Assembly: GCA_963797555.1 (NCBI GenBank)
Contig: CAWCPV010000002.1
Coordinates: 192,001-256,000 of the forward strand
Direction of reading: 5' to 3'
From: an uncultured Gammaproteobacteria bacterium
GTDB lineage: Bacteria > Pseudomonadota > Gammaproteobacteria > CAWCPV01
Length of the DNA stretch: 64,000 nt
Under the pieces are notes generated by a model. That model saw only the letters and a list, made by a program, of their open reading frames with translations. It was not told the origin of the DNA and ran no database searches. Below are positions 9,663-21,277 of the stretch, piece after piece. Position numbers and translations under genes: made by a program. The first letter of the stretch is position 1, and every line of letters starts with the position of its first letter.

Positions 9663-11585
9663 ATGAATTCCGATGTCCGTCATGGCGTCAGTCTGCTCAC
9701 CGAACACGACGTTTACCTGTTCAAGGAAGGCACCCACAGCCATCTGTTCGACAAGCTCGGTGCGCACGTCATCGAGGTCGAGGGGGTGCGAGGCACCGTG
9801 TTCGCCGTCTGGGCCCCGAACGCCCAGAGTGTATCGGTGAAAGGCGATTTCAACGGCTGGAGCAACGAGTCCCACCCGCTGAAGCCACGCGGGGACAGCT
9901 CCGGTATCTGGGAGGGCTTCGTGCCGGGGGTGGGCCGCGGGGCCCAGTATAAGTATCACCTGGAGTCGCGTTTCCACGGCTACCGAGTGGACAAAGGGGA
10001 TCCCTTCGCCGCGCGCTGGCAGGTGCCTCCGGACACCGCCTCCATGGTGTGGGAGCTGGACTACCCGTGGGGCGACGGCGGCTGGATGGGGGGCAGGCGC
10101 GGTGCCACCGCCCTGGATGCCCCCCAGGCGATGTACGAGATCCACCTGGGTTCCTGGCGCCGCGTCCCGGAAGAGGGACACCGGTCCCTCAGCTACCGCG
10201 AGCTGGCGGGGCAACTTGTCGAGTACCTGAGGCACATGAACTTCACGCACGTGGAGCTGATGCCCGTGATGGAGCACCCGTTCTTCGGCTCTTGGGGCTA
10301 CCAGGTCGTGGGTTACTTCGCGCCGACCGCGCGTTACGGCACGCCGCAGGACTTCATGTACCTGGTGGACCAGCTCCACCAGGCCGGAATCGCCGTGATC
10401 CTGGACTGGGTGCCGTCCCACTTCCCCAGCGACGAGCACGGGTTGGCCTATTTCGACGGCACCTACCTGTTCGAGCACGCCGACCCCAAGAAGGGCTTCC
10501 ATCCGGAATGGAACAGCTACATCTTCAATCACGGCCGCAATGAGGTGCGCGCGTTCCTGTTGAGCAGCGCGGTGTTCTGGCTGGAGAAATACCACGCAGA
10601 TGGTCTGCGTGTCGACGCGGTGGCCTCGATGCTCTACCTGGACTATGCGCGCGAGGCGGGGGAGTGGATCCCCAATCAGTACGGGGGCCGCGAGAACATC
10701 GATGCCGTGTCCTTCATCCGTCATCTCAACGAGGCGGTTTACCGGCACCAGCCGGACGTGCAGACCATCGCGGAGGAGTCCACGGCGTGGCCCATGGTGT
10801 CGCGGCCCCCGTACCTCGGTGGGCTGGGGTTCGGGCTGAAGTGGAACATGGGCTGGATGCACGACACGCTGGATTACTTCTCCAAAGACCCGGTGCACCG
10901 CAAATACCGCCACAACCAGCTCACCTTCAGCATCTGGTATGCGTTCTACGAGAATTTTGTGCTTCCCTTGTCTCACGACGAAGTGGTGCACGGCAAAAGC
11001 TCGTTATTGGGGAAGATGCCGGGGGACGACTGGCAGAAGTTCGCGAACCTTCGCGCCCTGTTCGGGTACATGTATGGTCACCCCGGGAAGAAGCTTCTGT
11101 TCATGGGGGGAGAATTCGGTCAGTGGGCGGAGTGGAACCACGACGCCAGCCTCGACTGGCACCTGGTGCAATACGACCTTCACCGCGGAGTGCAGCGCTG
11201 GGTGGAGGATTTGAACCGGTTCTACCGCAGCGCGCCGGCCCTGTACCAACAGGATTTCCAACTGGAGGGCTTCGAGTGGGTCGATTTCCATGACTGGGAG
11301 CAGAGCATCATCAGCTTCCTGCGTCGGGGAAGGGCCCCCGCTGACGTGGTGCTGGTGGTCTGCAACCTCACGCCGGTACCGCGCATGAACTACCGCGTGG
11401 GCGTGCCTTACGGCGGTTATTGGAAGGAGGCCCTCAACAGTGACGCCTCCCTTTACGGCGGAAGCGGGATCGGCAACTTCGGAGGGGTGGATGCCTCGCC
11501 GCTCCCGGCCCAGGGGCGCTATCACTCTGTAGCGCTGAACCTTCCGCCGTTGGGCGTGCTGTTCCTGCATCCCGAAGGCCGCTGA
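9663..11585 (+). CDS. glgB: 1,4-alpha-glucan branching enzyme
   Basis: GH13 motifs [38 protein letters not shown] and [10 protein letters not shown]. Confidence 0.95.
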   Translation: MNSDVRHGVSLLTEHDVYLFKEGTHSHLFDKLGAHVIEVEGVRGTVFAVWAPNAQSVSVKGDFNGWSNESHPLKPRGDSSGIWEGFVPGVGRGAQYKYHLESRFHGYRVDKGDPFAARWQVPPDTASMVWELDYPWGDGGWMGGRRGATALDAPQAMYEIHLGSWRRVPEEGHRSLSYRELAGQLVEYLRHMNFTHVELMPVMEHPFFGSWGYQVVGYFAPTARYGTPQDFMYLVDQLHQAGIAVILDWVPSHFPSDEHGLAYFDGTYLFEHADPKKGFHPEWNSYIFNHGRNEVRAFLLSSAVFWLEKYHADGLRVDAVASMLYLDYAREAGEWIPNQYGGRENIDAVSFIRHLNEAVYRHQPDVQTIAEESTAWPMVSRPPYLGGLGFGLKWNMGWMHDTLDYFSKDPVHRKYRHNQLTFSIWYAFYENFVLPLSHDEVVHGKSSLLGKMPGDDWQKFANLRALFGYMYGHPGKKLLFMGGEFGQWAEWNHDASLDWHLVQYDLHRGVQRWVEDLNRFYRSAPALYQQDFQLEGFEWVDFHDWEQSIISFLRRGRAPADVVLVVCNLTPVPRMNYRVGVPYGGYWKEALNSDASLYGGSGIGNFGGVDASPLPAQGRYHSVALNLPPLGVLFLHPEGR

Positions 11586-11678
11586 TGCGCCCTAGACGAC
11601 GGCGCATCCTCGAAGGCCCGGGAGCCGGCTGGCCAGGATGAAAAATCTGCGGCAGATTTCTCGAGAGGAGGTCGGACG

Positions 11679-13709
11679 ATGAGCGAAGCCTCTGTCCCGG
11701 CAGAGCTGTCCAAGGCGTTAATCCACTCCGAGCTTGACGGCAGGAGGCGGGTCGTCATCGAGGGCGTGAAGCCTGAGGTAGACGGCGGGCGGTTTCCGAT
11801 CAAGAGGGTGATGGGCGAGTCCGTAGTGGTGCAGGCCGATGTGTTCGCCGACGGCCACGACACGCTGGCGTGCCGCGTGCTGTACCGGCCCGAATCGGCT
11901 GCAGAGTGGCGTGCCGTCGCCATGAAGCCGATGGCCAACGACCGCTGGGAGGCGGTCTTTCCGGTGACGGACGGCGGACGCTATCGGTACACGGTGGAAG
12001 GATGGGTGGACGCTTTCCAGACTTGGCGCCGCGACCTGGTGAAACGACGGCAAGCGGGTCAGGACCTCACAGTGCCCTTGCTGGTGGGCGCCGACCTCAT
12101 CGAGCAGACGGCAACACGCGCACCGTCCCCCGACGGGGAGCGGCTGAACGCTTGGGCAGGGGACCTGCGGAGTGAGCGCAGCCAGGACCTGCGGTACCAC
12201 CTAGCCATGGACGAAGAGCTGGCCGTGGCCGTGGGGCGTTACCCGGATATGGATCTCATCACGCGCTACGAGCGGGAGCTGTCGGCGGTGGTGGACCGGG
12301 AGCGTGCCCGATACGGCGCCTGGTACGAGCTGTTTCCACGCTCCGGCGACCAAGGTGTCCACGCTACCTTCGAGGATTGCGAGGCGCGGCTGCGCTATGT
12401 GGCGGAGATGGGGTTCGACGTACTGTACCTGCCGCCGGTGCATCCCATCGGGCTGTCGCACCGCAAGGGCCGCAACAACAGTCCCGTTGCGGCGCCGGGA
12501 GACGTGGGCAGCCCTTGGGCCATCGGCGCCCCAGAGGGCGGCCACAAGGCGGTGCATCCGCAGCTAGGCACCCTGGAGGACTTCCGGAGCCTCGTCGAGC
12601 GCGCCCGCGAGCTGAACATCGAGATGGCCATCGACATCGCCTTCCAATGCTCCCCGGACCACCCCTACGTCAAGGAGCATCCAGAGTGGTTCCGCCTCAG
12701 GCCGGACGGCACTGTCCAGTACGCGGAGAACCCGCCGAAGAAGTACCAGGACATCTACCCCTTCGACTTCGAGACCCGGGAATGGCGTGCCCTCTGGGAC
12801 GAGCTGCGGGACGTGGTGCTGTTCTGGATCGGCCACGGGGTAAGGATCTTCCGGGTGGACAACCCCCACACCAAGCCCTTCGCGTTCTGGGAATGGCTTA
12901 TCGCAGAGGTCAAGGCGCGTCATCCGGAGGCTCTGTTTCTGGCCGAGGCATTCACCCGGCCCAAGATCATGCATCGCCTGGCCAAGCTCGGCTTCACCCA
13001 GTCCTACACATACTTCACTTGGCGCAACACCAAGTGGGACCTCACGCAGTACTTCACAGAGCTGGCGCAGGGCGAAGGGCGGGAGTACCTGCGGCCCAGT
13101 CTGTGGCCGAACACGCCGGATATCCTCAACGAGTACCTGCAGTTCGGCGGACGCCCCGCGTTCGTCGTGCGGCTCGTGCTGGCGGCCACCCTGGGTGCGA
13201 GCTACGGCATTTACGGCCCCGCTTTCGAGCTGATGGAGGCGCAGCCACGGGAGGCCGGCAGCGAGGAGTATCTCGACTCGGAGAAGTACCAGCTCGGGCA
13301 GTGGGACATCGACCGCGAGGACAGCCTGCGCGACCTGATCACGCGCGTCAACCGCATCCGCCATGACAACCCCGCGCTGCACGGAGACTGGAGCCTGCGT
13401 TTCCACGCGGTGGACAACGATCAGCTCATCGCCTACAGCAAGCGGGCGGAGGAGGAGAACGACGCGGTGCTGGTGGTGGTGAATCTGGACCCTTACCACA
13501 CCCAGGCGGGATGGCTGGAACTGCCGCTCCAGGAGTTCGGGCTCGATCCCCGCCAGCCGTACCAGATGCACGACCTGCTGAGCGGCGCGCGCTATATCTG
13601 GCACGGGGCGCGGAATTACGTGGAGCTGGATCCCCAGAGCTATCCCGCGCACATCTTCCGTCTGCGCCGCCGGGTGCGCACCGAGCGCGATTTCGAGTAC
13701 TACCTCTGA
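11679..13709 (+). CDS. glgE: Alpha-1,4-glucan:maltose-1-phosphate maltosyltransferase
   Basis: WYELFPRS, YAENPPKKYQDIYP, FRVDNPHTKP and NTPDIL. Confidence 0.95.
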   Translation: MSEASVPAELSKALIHSELDGRRRVVIEGVKPEVDGGRFPIKRVMGESVVVQADVFADGHDTLACRVLYRPESAAEWRAVAMKPMANDRWEAVFPVTDGGRYRYTVEGWVDAFQTWRRDLVKRRQAGQDLTVPLLVGADLIEQTATRAPSPDGERLNAWAGDLRSERSQDLRYHLAMDEELAVAVGRYPDMDLITRYERELSAVVDRERARYGAWYELFPRSGDQGVHATFEDCEARLRYVAEMGFDVLYLPPVHPIGLSHRKGRNNSPVAAPGDVGSPWAIGAPEGGHKAVHPQLGTLEDFRSLVERARELNIEMAIDIAFQCSPDHPYVKEHPEWFRLRPDGTVQYAENPPKKYQDIYPFDFETREWRALWDELRDVVLFWIGHGVRIFRVDNPHTKPFAFWEWLIAEVKARHPEALFLAEAFTRPKIMHRLAKLGFTQSYTYFTWRNTKWDLTQYFTELAQGEGREYLRPSLWPNTPDILNEYLQFGGRPAFVVRLVLAATLGASYGIYGPAFELMEAQPREAGSEEYLDSEKYQLGQWDIDREDSLRDLITRVNRIRHDNPALHGDWSLRFHAVDNDQLIAYSKRAEEENDAVLVVVNLDPYHTQAGWLELPLQEFGLDPRQPYQMHDLLSGARYIWHGARNYVELDPQSYPAHIFRLRRRVRTERDFEYYL

Positions 13710-13722
13710 GGAGCTTGCCGAT

Positions 13723-16700
13723 ATGGGCCACCACACGACGGGCACCGCACTCGCGGACGACCCGCTCTGGTACAAGGACGCCATCATCTACGAGGTCCAC
13801 GTCAAGGCGTTTTACGACAGCAACAACGACGGTATCGGCGACTTCCCGGGGCTGATCGAGAGACTGGACTACCTCCAGGATCTCGGGGTCAATACCATCT
13901 GGCTGCTTCCCTTCTACCCGTCGCCGATGAAGGACGACGGCTACGATATCTCCGACTACCGCAACATCCACCCCGACTACGGCACCCGCAAGGATTTCCG
14001 AACTTTCGTGCGGGAGGCGCACCGCAGGGGCCTGCGGGTGATCACCGAGCTGGTGGTGAACCACACCTCCGATCAGCACCCCTGGTTCCAGGCGGCGCGG
14101 CGGGCGCCCGCCGGCTCGGCGAAGCGCGACTACTATGTCTGGAGCGACACCGACAAGAGGTTCCCCGAGACGCGTGTCATCTTCACCGACAGCGAGACCT
14201 CGAACTGGGCCTGGGACCCGATCGCGCGGGCTTACTACTGGCACCGTTTCTTCTCGCACCAGCCGGACCTGAATTACGACAACCCGCAGGTGGTGAAGGC
14301 GGTGATCAGGCTCATGCGCTTTTGGCTGGACATTGGGGTGGACGGGGTGCGCCTGGACGCCATCCCTTACTTGTGTGTGCAGGAGGGTACCACCAACGAG
14401 AACCTGCCCGCGACCCACGCAGTGATCAGGCAGATGCGCGCCGTCGTGGATGCCCACTACAAGAACCGCATGTTCCTCGCGGAGGCCAACCAGTGGCCCG
14501 AGGACGTGGCGGAGTATTTCGGCGACGGGGATGAGTGTCACATGGCCTACCACTTCCCGCTGATGCCGCGCATGTACATGGCGGTGGCCCAGGAGGACCG
14601 GCACCCCATGACCGAGATCATGCGCCAGACGCCGGATATTCCCAGCACCTGCCAGTGGGCCATCTTCCTGCGCAACCACGACGAGCTGACCCTGGAGATG
14701 GTGACCTCCCGGGAGCGGGACTACATGTACCAGCACTTCGCCAGCGACCCGCGGATGCGCCTGAACCTGGGGATAAGGCGGCGTCTGGCCCCCCTCATGG
14801 ACAACGAACCAGACAAGATCAAGCTGGTGAACAGCCTGCTCATGTCCATGCCGGGATCACCCATCATCTACTACGGCGACGAAGTTGGCATGGGGGACAA
14901 CTTTTACCTGGGCGACCGCAACGGCGTGCGTACCCCGATGCAGTGGAGCCCGGACCGCAATGCCGGCTTCTCCAAGACCGATCCGCAGCGCCTCTACCTG
15001 CCCCCTATCATGGATCCCGTCTACGGCTACCAGGCCGTCAATGTCGAGGCTCAGAGCCGGGACCGCGCCTCGCTGCTCAACTGGACCAAGAGGCTGGTGG
15101 CGGTGCGCAAGGCTCACAAGGCCTTCGGCCGAGGCACCCTGGAGTTCCTGCGCCCCGGCAACCGTAGGGTGCTCGCCTATGTGCGGGAGTACGAAAACGA
15201 ATCCATTCTGTGCGTCGCCAACCTGTCCCGCTCGGCTCAGCCGGTGGAGCTGGGGCTGTCGAAGTTCAGGGGACGGGTGCCGGTGGAGCTGATGGGGCGC
15301 ACGACCTTCCCGCCGGTCGGTGACCTGCCCTATCTGCTGACACTTCCCGGCTACAGCTTCTACTGGTTCCACCTAGCCACCGACGCCGACGTGCCCTCCT
15401 GGCACGAGGAGCGCCTCGCTCCACTGGAGCTGCCGGTACTGGTACTGTTCAGCGGCTGGCGCAGCTTCTTCCCGGCGGACTTCGAGCACGCGCGGCGCGC
15501 GATGGCGGAGCGCCTGCGCGCCCAACTGGAGCTGGAAGTTCTGCCGGCCTTTCTCAAGGCGCAGCGCTGGTTCGCCGCCAAGGGCCAGACCATTGAAGAG
15601 ATCGGTCTTGGCGCCCAGGCCGAGCTGGACGGCAAACGCGCAAACTGGCTGCTCGCTGAGATACGGGTCCAGGCCACAGGGATCGCTCCGCAAACCTATT
15701 TCGTGCCCATGTCGCTGACCTGGGAGGGCGACGAGGATCGTATCCGTTCCCTGCTCTACTGCACTCTGGCCCGGGTACGCCAGCGGGCAGGTGTCGGTGT
15801 GCTGTGCGACGCATTCAGCGATGCGTCGTTCTGCCACGTGCTTGTCAAGGCCATGGGAGAGAGCCGGGAGATCCCCTTTGGGGATGGGCGGCTGAGGTTC
15901 TCCTCCACCGCCGCCTTCGCCGAGCTGGCCGGCGATCTGTCGGCGGAGCTGAGCGTGCGCCGGCCGGATGCCGAGGGCAGCAATACCACGCTGATCCTGG
16001 GCGAGCGGCTGTTCCTCAAGGGCTACCGGCGGCTGCAGGAAGGCGTCAACCCGGAGCTGGAGCTGGGACGCTTCCTGACCGAGGCCTCTCCATACCACCA
16101 CATCGTCCCCGTCGCCGGCGCCCTGGAGCATCAAGGTGCCGACGGCAAGTCCGTCACGCTGGCATTGCTGCAGGGTTACTTGGAAAGCCAGGGCGACGGC
16201 TGGTCCTACACGCTCCACTATCTGGAGCGGTTCCTGGAGGCCAGCCTGGTGCGCCATCCGGAGCAAAGCAGCGAGGAGACGCAGTCCGAGCACGCGCCCT
16301 ACCTGGTCATGATGCGCACCCTGGGCGTGCGCACCGGCGAGCTGCATCGCGCGCTCGCGGCCGCCACAGGCGACCCGGCCTTCGATCCGGAGCCGGTGCG
16401 CCCGGAAGACCTGGCCGCATGGACGGAGCGGGTGCGCAGTGATACTGTCCTCTCCCTGGGTGGCCTGGAGCGCCGGCTGCCCGACTTGCCGGCGCGCGTG
16501 CACTCGGTTGCCCACCGTCTGCTCGCGCTGCGCGATGACATCTTGCAGCGCATCGACGGTCTGCTGCCGGATGAGGTCGACGCCGTGAAGACGCGCCACC
16601 ATGGCGACTATCACCTCGGGCAGGTGCTGGTGGTCCAGAACGACTTCGTGATCATCGACTTCGAAGGCGAGCCGGCACGGCCGCTGGAGGAGCGCCGCCG

Positions 16701-17109
16701 CAAGCACTCGCCGTTGCGCGATGTGGCCGGTATGCTGCGGTCCTTCGACTACGCAGCGTTTGCCGCCCTGCAGCGCCTGACTGCGGAACGGGAGGATTAT
16801 CTGCCGGTGCTGGAGCCTCTGGCGCGCGGGTGGCGGCGCGCGGTCACCGGTGCCTTCCTGGCCGGCTACGTGGAGGGCGTGCAAGACTGTCTGTGCCGCC
16901 CGGCCGACGAGGCGCATACGCGTGCCCTCATCGACCTGTTCGTGCTGGAGAAGGCTCTGTACGAGCTGCGCTACGAGCTGGATAACCGGCCCGATTGGAT
17001 AGGTATCCCGGTCCACGGCGTCATGGGTGTGCTGGAGGAGCCGACGCCTCTGTTGGATGGGGCCACCCCGCTCTCGGCAACGCCCGCGCCCGAGTCTGGC
17101 GCGGCCTGA
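13723..17109 (+). CDS. treS: Trehalose synthase-maltokinase fusion (TreS-Mak/Pep2)
   Basis: WYKDAIIYE, RLDAIPYL and FLRNHDELTLEMV, then a kinase-like domain with HGDYHLGQVL and IIDFEGEP. Confidence 0.95.
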   Translation: MGHHTTGTALADDPLWYKDAIIYEVHVKAFYDSNNDGIGDFPGLIERLDYLQDLGVNTIWLLPFYPSPMKDDGYDISDYRNIHPDYGTRKDFRTFVREAHRRGLRVITELVVNHTSDQHPWFQAARRAPAGSAKRDYYVWSDTDKRFPETRVIFTDSETSNWAWDPIARAYYWHRFFSHQPDLNYDNPQVVKAVIRLMRFWLDIGVDGVRLDAIPYLCVQEGTTNENLPATHAVIRQMRAVVDAHYKNRMFLAEANQWPEDVAEYFGDGDECHMAYHFPLMPRMYMAVAQEDRHPMTEIMRQTPDIPSTCQWAIFLRNHDELTLEMVTSRERDYMYQHFASDPRMRLNLGIRRRLAPLMDNEPDKIKLVNSLLMSMPGSPIIYYGDEVGMGDNFYLGDRNGVRTPMQWSPDRNAGFSKTDPQRLYLPPIMDPVYGYQAVNVEAQSRDRASLLNWTKRLVAVRKAHKAFGRGTLEFLRPGNRRVLAYVREYENESILCVANLSRSAQPVELGLSKFRGRVPVELMGRTTFPPVGDLPYLLTLPGYSFYWFHLATDADVPSWHEERLAPLELPVLVLFSGWRSFFPADFEHARRAMAERLRAQLELEVLPAFLKAQRWFAAKGQTIEEIGLGAQAELDGKRANWLLAEIRVQATGIAPQTYFVPMSLTWEGDEDRIRSLLYCTLARVRQRAGVGVLCDAFSDASFCHVLVKAMGESREIPFGDGRLRFSSTAAFAELAGDLSAELSVRRPDAEGSNTTLILGERLFLKGYRRLQEGVNPELELGRFLTEASPYHHIVPVAGALEHQGADGKSVTLALLQGYLESQGDGWSYTLHYLERFLEASLVRHPEQSSEETQSEHAPYLVMMRTLGVRTGELHRALAAATGDPAFDPEPVRPEDLAAWTERVRSDTVLSLGGLERRLPDLPARVHSVAHRLLALRDDILQRIDGLLPDEVDAVKTRHHGDYHLGQVLVVQNDFVIIDFEGEPARPLEERRRKHSPLRDVAGMLRSFDYAAFAALQRLTAEREDYLPVLEPLARGWRRAVTGAFLAGYVEGVQDCLCRPADEAHTRALIDLFVLEKALYELRYELDNRPDWIGIPVHGVMGVLEEPTPLLDGATPLSATPAPESGAA

Positions 17110-17234
17110 TGTCCCATGCACCAGCACCACGCATGCCGCCGGCCGCTCCTGCAGCGAGCCGCTGACCTGGACCAGCGGGCGTCAGCCTACCTCGCCACGG
17201 TGCGCGGCATCGACTTCGAGGTCATCCCGCGGCC

Positions 17235-19397
17235 ATGAGCCGACAGTGCGTACCGGTCTGGCCCGGTCACCCCTACCCCTTGGGTGCAACGTGGGACGGC
17301 GAAGGCGTGAACTTCGCCCTGTTCTCGGAGCATGCCGAGAAAGTCGAGTTGTGCCTGCTCGACCCCAAGAGCCGCCGCGAGGTGGAGCGCATCCCGGTGA
17401 CGGAACGGACCGACCAGGTCTGGCACTGCTATCTGCCGGAGGCCCGGCCAGGTCTCCTCTATGGATACCGCGTCTACGGACCTTACAAGCCCGAGGAGGG
17501 TCACCGCTACAACCCCCACAAGCTATTGCTCGATCCCTATGCCAAGGCCATCCATGGGACTCTGCGCTGGAGTGATGCCCACTTCGGTTACCGGGTGGGG
17601 GGCCGGCGGGAGGACCTCTCCTTCGACCCTCGCGACAATGCCGCCGGAATGCCGAAATGCATGGTGATCGACCCGGCCTTCACCTGGGGAGACGATCGTC
17701 CGCCGCGCCACTCCTGGCACGACACCATCATCTACGAGCTGCACGTCAAGGGCTTTACGACGCTGCACCCGCAGGTCCCCCCGCACCTGCGCGGCACCTT
17801 TGCCGGCATCGCCTCGGCACCGGTCATCGAGCACCTGCAGCGGCTCGGGGTGACGGCGGTGGAGCTGATGCCGGTCCACGCCTTCATCGACGACCGCCAC
17901 TTGGTGGCCCGCGGGCTGCGCAACTACTGGGGATACAATTCCATCGGCTACTTCGCGCCGGAGAACCGCTATTCGGCCACGGGGTTGGTGAGCGAGTTCA
18001 AGACCATGGTCAAGCGCCTCCACTCGGCAGGGGTGGAGGTCATCTTGGACGTGGTGTACAACCACACGGCCGAGGGCAACCACCTGGGACCTACGCTGTC
18101 GTTTCGCGGCATCGACAACAGCGCTTACTATCGACCGAACGCCGATAGCCCCCGTTACTACCAGGATTACACCGGCTGCGGCAACACCTTGAACATGATG
18201 CACCCGCGGGTGCTGCAGCTCATCATGGACAGCCTGCGCTACTGGGTGTTGGAGATGCACGTGGACGGCTTTCGTTTCGACCTGGCCTCCGCGCTGGCGC
18301 GGGAGCTGCATGCGGTCGACCGCCTCGGCGCGTTTTTCGACATCATTCACCAGGACCCGGTCATCTCTCAGGTGAAGCTCATTGCCGAGCCCTGGGACTT
18401 GGGAGAGGGCGGCTATCAGGTCGGGAACTTCCCGGTAGGTTGGACGGAGTGGAACGCCAAGTATCGGGATACCGTGCGCGCCTACTGGCGCGGCGACGAA
18501 GGGCAGCTCGGGGAGCTGGCGTCTCGCTTGACCGGGTCGAGCGACCTTTACGGGAGCAACGGGCGCAGTCCACATGCCAGCATCAACTTCGTCACCTCCC
18601 ATGACGGATTTACGCTCCAGGACTTGGTGAGCTACAACGACAAGCACAACGAGGCGAACGCAGAGGACAACCGGGACGGCGAGCGCCACAACCTGAGCTG
18701 GAATTGCGGTGTGGAGGGGCCTTCGCCTGACGCCGCTATCCGTGCGCTGCGCGCCCGGCAGAAGCGCAATTTCATCGCTACGCTGCTGCTGTCCCAGGGC
18801 GTCCCGATGCTGGTCGGCGGCGACGAGTTTGGCAGAACCCAACATGGCAACAACAATGCGTACTGCCAGGATAACGAGATGAGTTGGGTCCGCTGGGACC
18901 TGAGTCCGGAGGACCAGGATTTCTTGGCCTTTGTCCAGTATCTGGCGGGTGTGCGTAAGGCCCACCCGATGTTCCGCCGGCGACGCTTCTTTCAGGGGCG
19001 GCCGATGGAAGGCACGGGGTACAAGGACGTCACCTGGTTCAGCCCCGAGGGCCGGGAGATGACCGAGCAAGACTGGCATCAACCGTTCGCGCGCTGCCTG
19101 GGCCTGGCTCTGGCCGGCAAGGCGGCGGACGAGGTTGACGCGCACGGCCGGCCCATGGTGGACGACAACTTCCTGGTCCTGCTCAACGCCCACCATGAAG
19201 CCATGGCGTTCGTGCTGCCGCCGTGCTCCGTGGACGCGCGCTGGGAGGTGCTGGTGGACACCAGCCGCAGCGCGGACCTCGACGTCCACGGCCACTTCGG
19301 CGCCAAGGAATCATACTCGTTGAAGCCGCGCAGCATGGCGCTGCTCATCGAGCGGCATACTGCGCAGGCGGCGGGGCCACCGCCGGAGGAGCCGTGA
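17235..19397 (+). CDS. glgX: Glycogen debranching enzyme
   Basis: GVNFALFSEHA, NYWGY, DVVYNHTAEG, DGFRFDLA and NNAYCQDNE. Confidence 0.95.
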   Translation: MSRQCVPVWPGHPYPLGATWDGEGVNFALFSEHAEKVELCLLDPKSRREVERIPVTERTDQVWHCYLPEARPGLLYGYRVYGPYKPEEGHRYNPHKLLLDPYAKAIHGTLRWSDAHFGYRVGGRREDLSFDPRDNAAGMPKCMVIDPAFTWGDDRPPRHSWHDTIIYELHVKGFTTLHPQVPPHLRGTFAGIASAPVIEHLQRLGVTAVELMPVHAFIDDRHLVARGLRNYWGYNSIGYFAPENRYSATGLVSEFKTMVKRLHSAGVEVILDVVYNHTAEGNHLGPTLSFRGIDNSAYYRPNADSPRYYQDYTGCGNTLNMMHPRVLQLIMDSLRYWVLEMHVDGFRFDLASALARELHAVDRLGAFFDIIHQDPVISQVKLIAEPWDLGEGGYQVGNFPVGWTEWNAKYRDTVRAYWRGDEGQLGELASRLTGSSDLYGSNGRSPHASINFVTSHDGFTLQDLVSYNDKHNEANAEDNRDGERHNLSWNCGVEGPSPDAAIRALRARQKRNFIATLLLSQGVPMLVGGDEFGRTQHGNNNAYCQDNEMSWVRWDLSPEDQDFLAFVQYLAGVRKAHPMFRRRRFFQGRPMEGTGYKDVTWFSPEGREMTEQDWHQPFARCLGLALAGKAADEVDAHGRPMVDDNFLVLLNAHHEAMAFVLPPCSVDARWEVLVDTSRSADLDVHGHFGAKESYSLKPRSMALLIERHTAQAAGPPPEEP

Positions 19398-21277
19398 AGC
19401 GCAGCCACGCCATGCCCTTCGGGGCGGCCCCGTTAGCCGGAGGGGGTGTGCGCTTCCGGCTGTGGGCACCCGCCCAGAGAGCAGTACAGCTCTGCCTGGA
19501 GGGACCGGGGGGCGACGTCATCCTTCCCATGCAGACGGGGCCCGGTGGCTGGTTCGAGCTCGTCAGCGACAGCGCGCATGCGGGCAGCCGCTATCGTTTC
19601 CTGCTGGACGGTGGCATGCGCGTCCCCGACCCCGCCTCGCGCTTCCAGCCCGAGGACGTGCACGGTCCCAGCGAGGTGATCGACCCGCGAGCCTGGGAAT
19701 GGAGCGACGGCGGTTGGCACGGACGCCCTTGGGAGGAGTCGGTCATCTATGAGCTGCACGTAGGCGCCTTCACGCCGCTAGGCACCTTCGCCGCTGTCGA
19801 GGGTCACTTGGACTATCTGAAGGATCTCGGCATCACCGCGGTCGAGCTGATGCCGGTGGCGGACTTCCCTGGGCGGCGGAACTGGGGGTACGACGGCGTC
19901 CTGCCGTTCGCCCCGGACAGTTGTTACGGGCGTCCCGAGAGCCTCAAGGCCCTGGTCCAGGCGGCCCACGCCCGGGGGCTCATGGTCCTTCTGGACGTCG
20001 TCTACAATCACTTCGGGCCCGAGGGCAATTACCTGCACCTTTACGCCCCCCCGTTCTTCACCGAGCGCCACCACACCCCGTGGGGGGCAGCCGTCAACTT
20101 CGATGGCGAGGGCAGCCGCCAAGTCCGCGACTTCTTCATACACAATGCCTTGTACTGGCTGGAAGAGTACCACTTCGATGGCCTGCGCCTCGACGCAGTC
20201 CACGCCATCGTCGATGACTCCGTGCCAGACATCCTGGAGGAGTTGGCGGACGCGGTTCACACCGGACCGGGGGCGCAGCGGCACGTGCACCTCGTGCTGG
20301 AAAACGATCACAATGCCGCCCATTACCTACGGCGGGAGAGCGACGGCCGGCCGCGCTGGTACTCCGCCCAGTGGAACGACGACATCCACCATGCCGCCCA
20401 CGTGCTCGCGACCGGCGAGACCGGCGGGTACTACCGGGATTATGGCGACGATCCAGTCCGGCACCTCGGTCGTTGCCTGACCGAGGGCTTCGCGTATCAG
20501 GGCGAGCCGTCTTCCTATCGGCGCGGCGCGCCCCGCGGGGAGCCCAGCCGCTATCTGCCGCCGACGGCATTCGTGGCATTTCTGCAGAATCACGACCAGG
20601 TCGGCAACCGGGCATTTGGGGAGCGCATCACCCGGCTAACGTCCCCGGAGGCCCTGCGGGCACTGTCCGCCATCATGCTCCTCGCCCCCTCGCCCCCGTT
20701 GCTGTTCATGGGCCAGGAGTTCGGTGCGGTTCAACCGTTTCCGTTCTTCTGCAATCTCGGTCCGGATCTGGCAACTGCGGTGAGCGAAGGGCGGCGCAAT
20801 GAGTTTGCCCGATTTCCTGAGTTCAGCGACCCCGAGGTCCGCGCACGCATCCCGGATGCGGGCGCCGAGAGTACATTCGCCGCGGCCGTCCTGGACTGGA
20901 GCAGTCTGCATCGCCCACCCCACAGCGACTGGGTTGCCCTGCACCGCGAACTGCTGGCGCTTCGGCGCGCCCAAATCGTGCCCCGGGTAGCCCGGACCGG
21001 ACGAGCACCCGAGACCGGCTACCGTACGTTCGGCGGGCGCGGCTTGGTGGCGCACTGGGTGCTGTCCGAGGGAGAGCGCCTGGTGCTCGTCGCCAACCTC
21101 GGAGACTCAGCCATCACTGCCACCGGCGCGTCGGTGGGGGTGCTTCTATACGGTACCCACCCCGATCTCTTTGATTGGCTGGGGCAAGGCCGGCTGCCCG
21201 CCTGGTGCGCGGCTTGGCACCTCGAGAGGAGCGGCTCCGCGCCTGAGGGGACCCTCCCGGCAGCCAAATTCCGGTGA
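19394..21277 (+). CDS. treZ: Malto-oligosyltrehalose trehalohydrolase
   Basis: The GTG start overlaps the glgX stop. RNWGYDG, YNHFGPEGNYL, LRLDAVHAI and QNHDQVGNRA. Confidence 0.93.
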   Translation: MKRSHAMPFGAAPLAGGGVRFRLWAPAQRAVQLCLEGPGGDVILPMQTGPGGWFELVSDSAHAGSRYRFLLDGGMRVPDPASRFQPEDVHGPSEVIDPRAWEWSDGGWHGRPWEESVIYELHVGAFTPLGTFAAVEGHLDYLKDLGITAVELMPVADFPGRRNWGYDGVLPFAPDSCYGRPESLKALVQAAHARGLMVLLDVVYNHFGPEGNYLHLYAPPFFTERHHTPWGAAVNFDGEGSRQVRDFFIHNALYWLEEYHFDGLRLDAVHAIVDDSVPDILEELADAVHTGPGAQRHVHLVLENDHNAAHYLRRESDGRPRWYSAQWNDDIHHAAHVLATGETGGYYRDYGDDPVRHLGRCLTEGFAYQGEPSSYRRGAPRGEPSRYLPPTAFVAFLQNHDQVGNRAFGERITRLTSPEALRALSAIMLLAPSPPLLFMGQEFGAVQPFPFFCNLGPDLATAVSEGRRNEFARFPEFSDPEVRARIPDAGAESTFAAAVLDWSSLHRPPHSDWVALHRELLALRRAQIVPRVARTGRAPETGYRTFGGRGLVAHWVLSEGERLVLVANLGDSAITATGASVGVLLYGTHPDLFDWLGQGRLPAWCAAWHLERSGSAPEGTLPAAKFR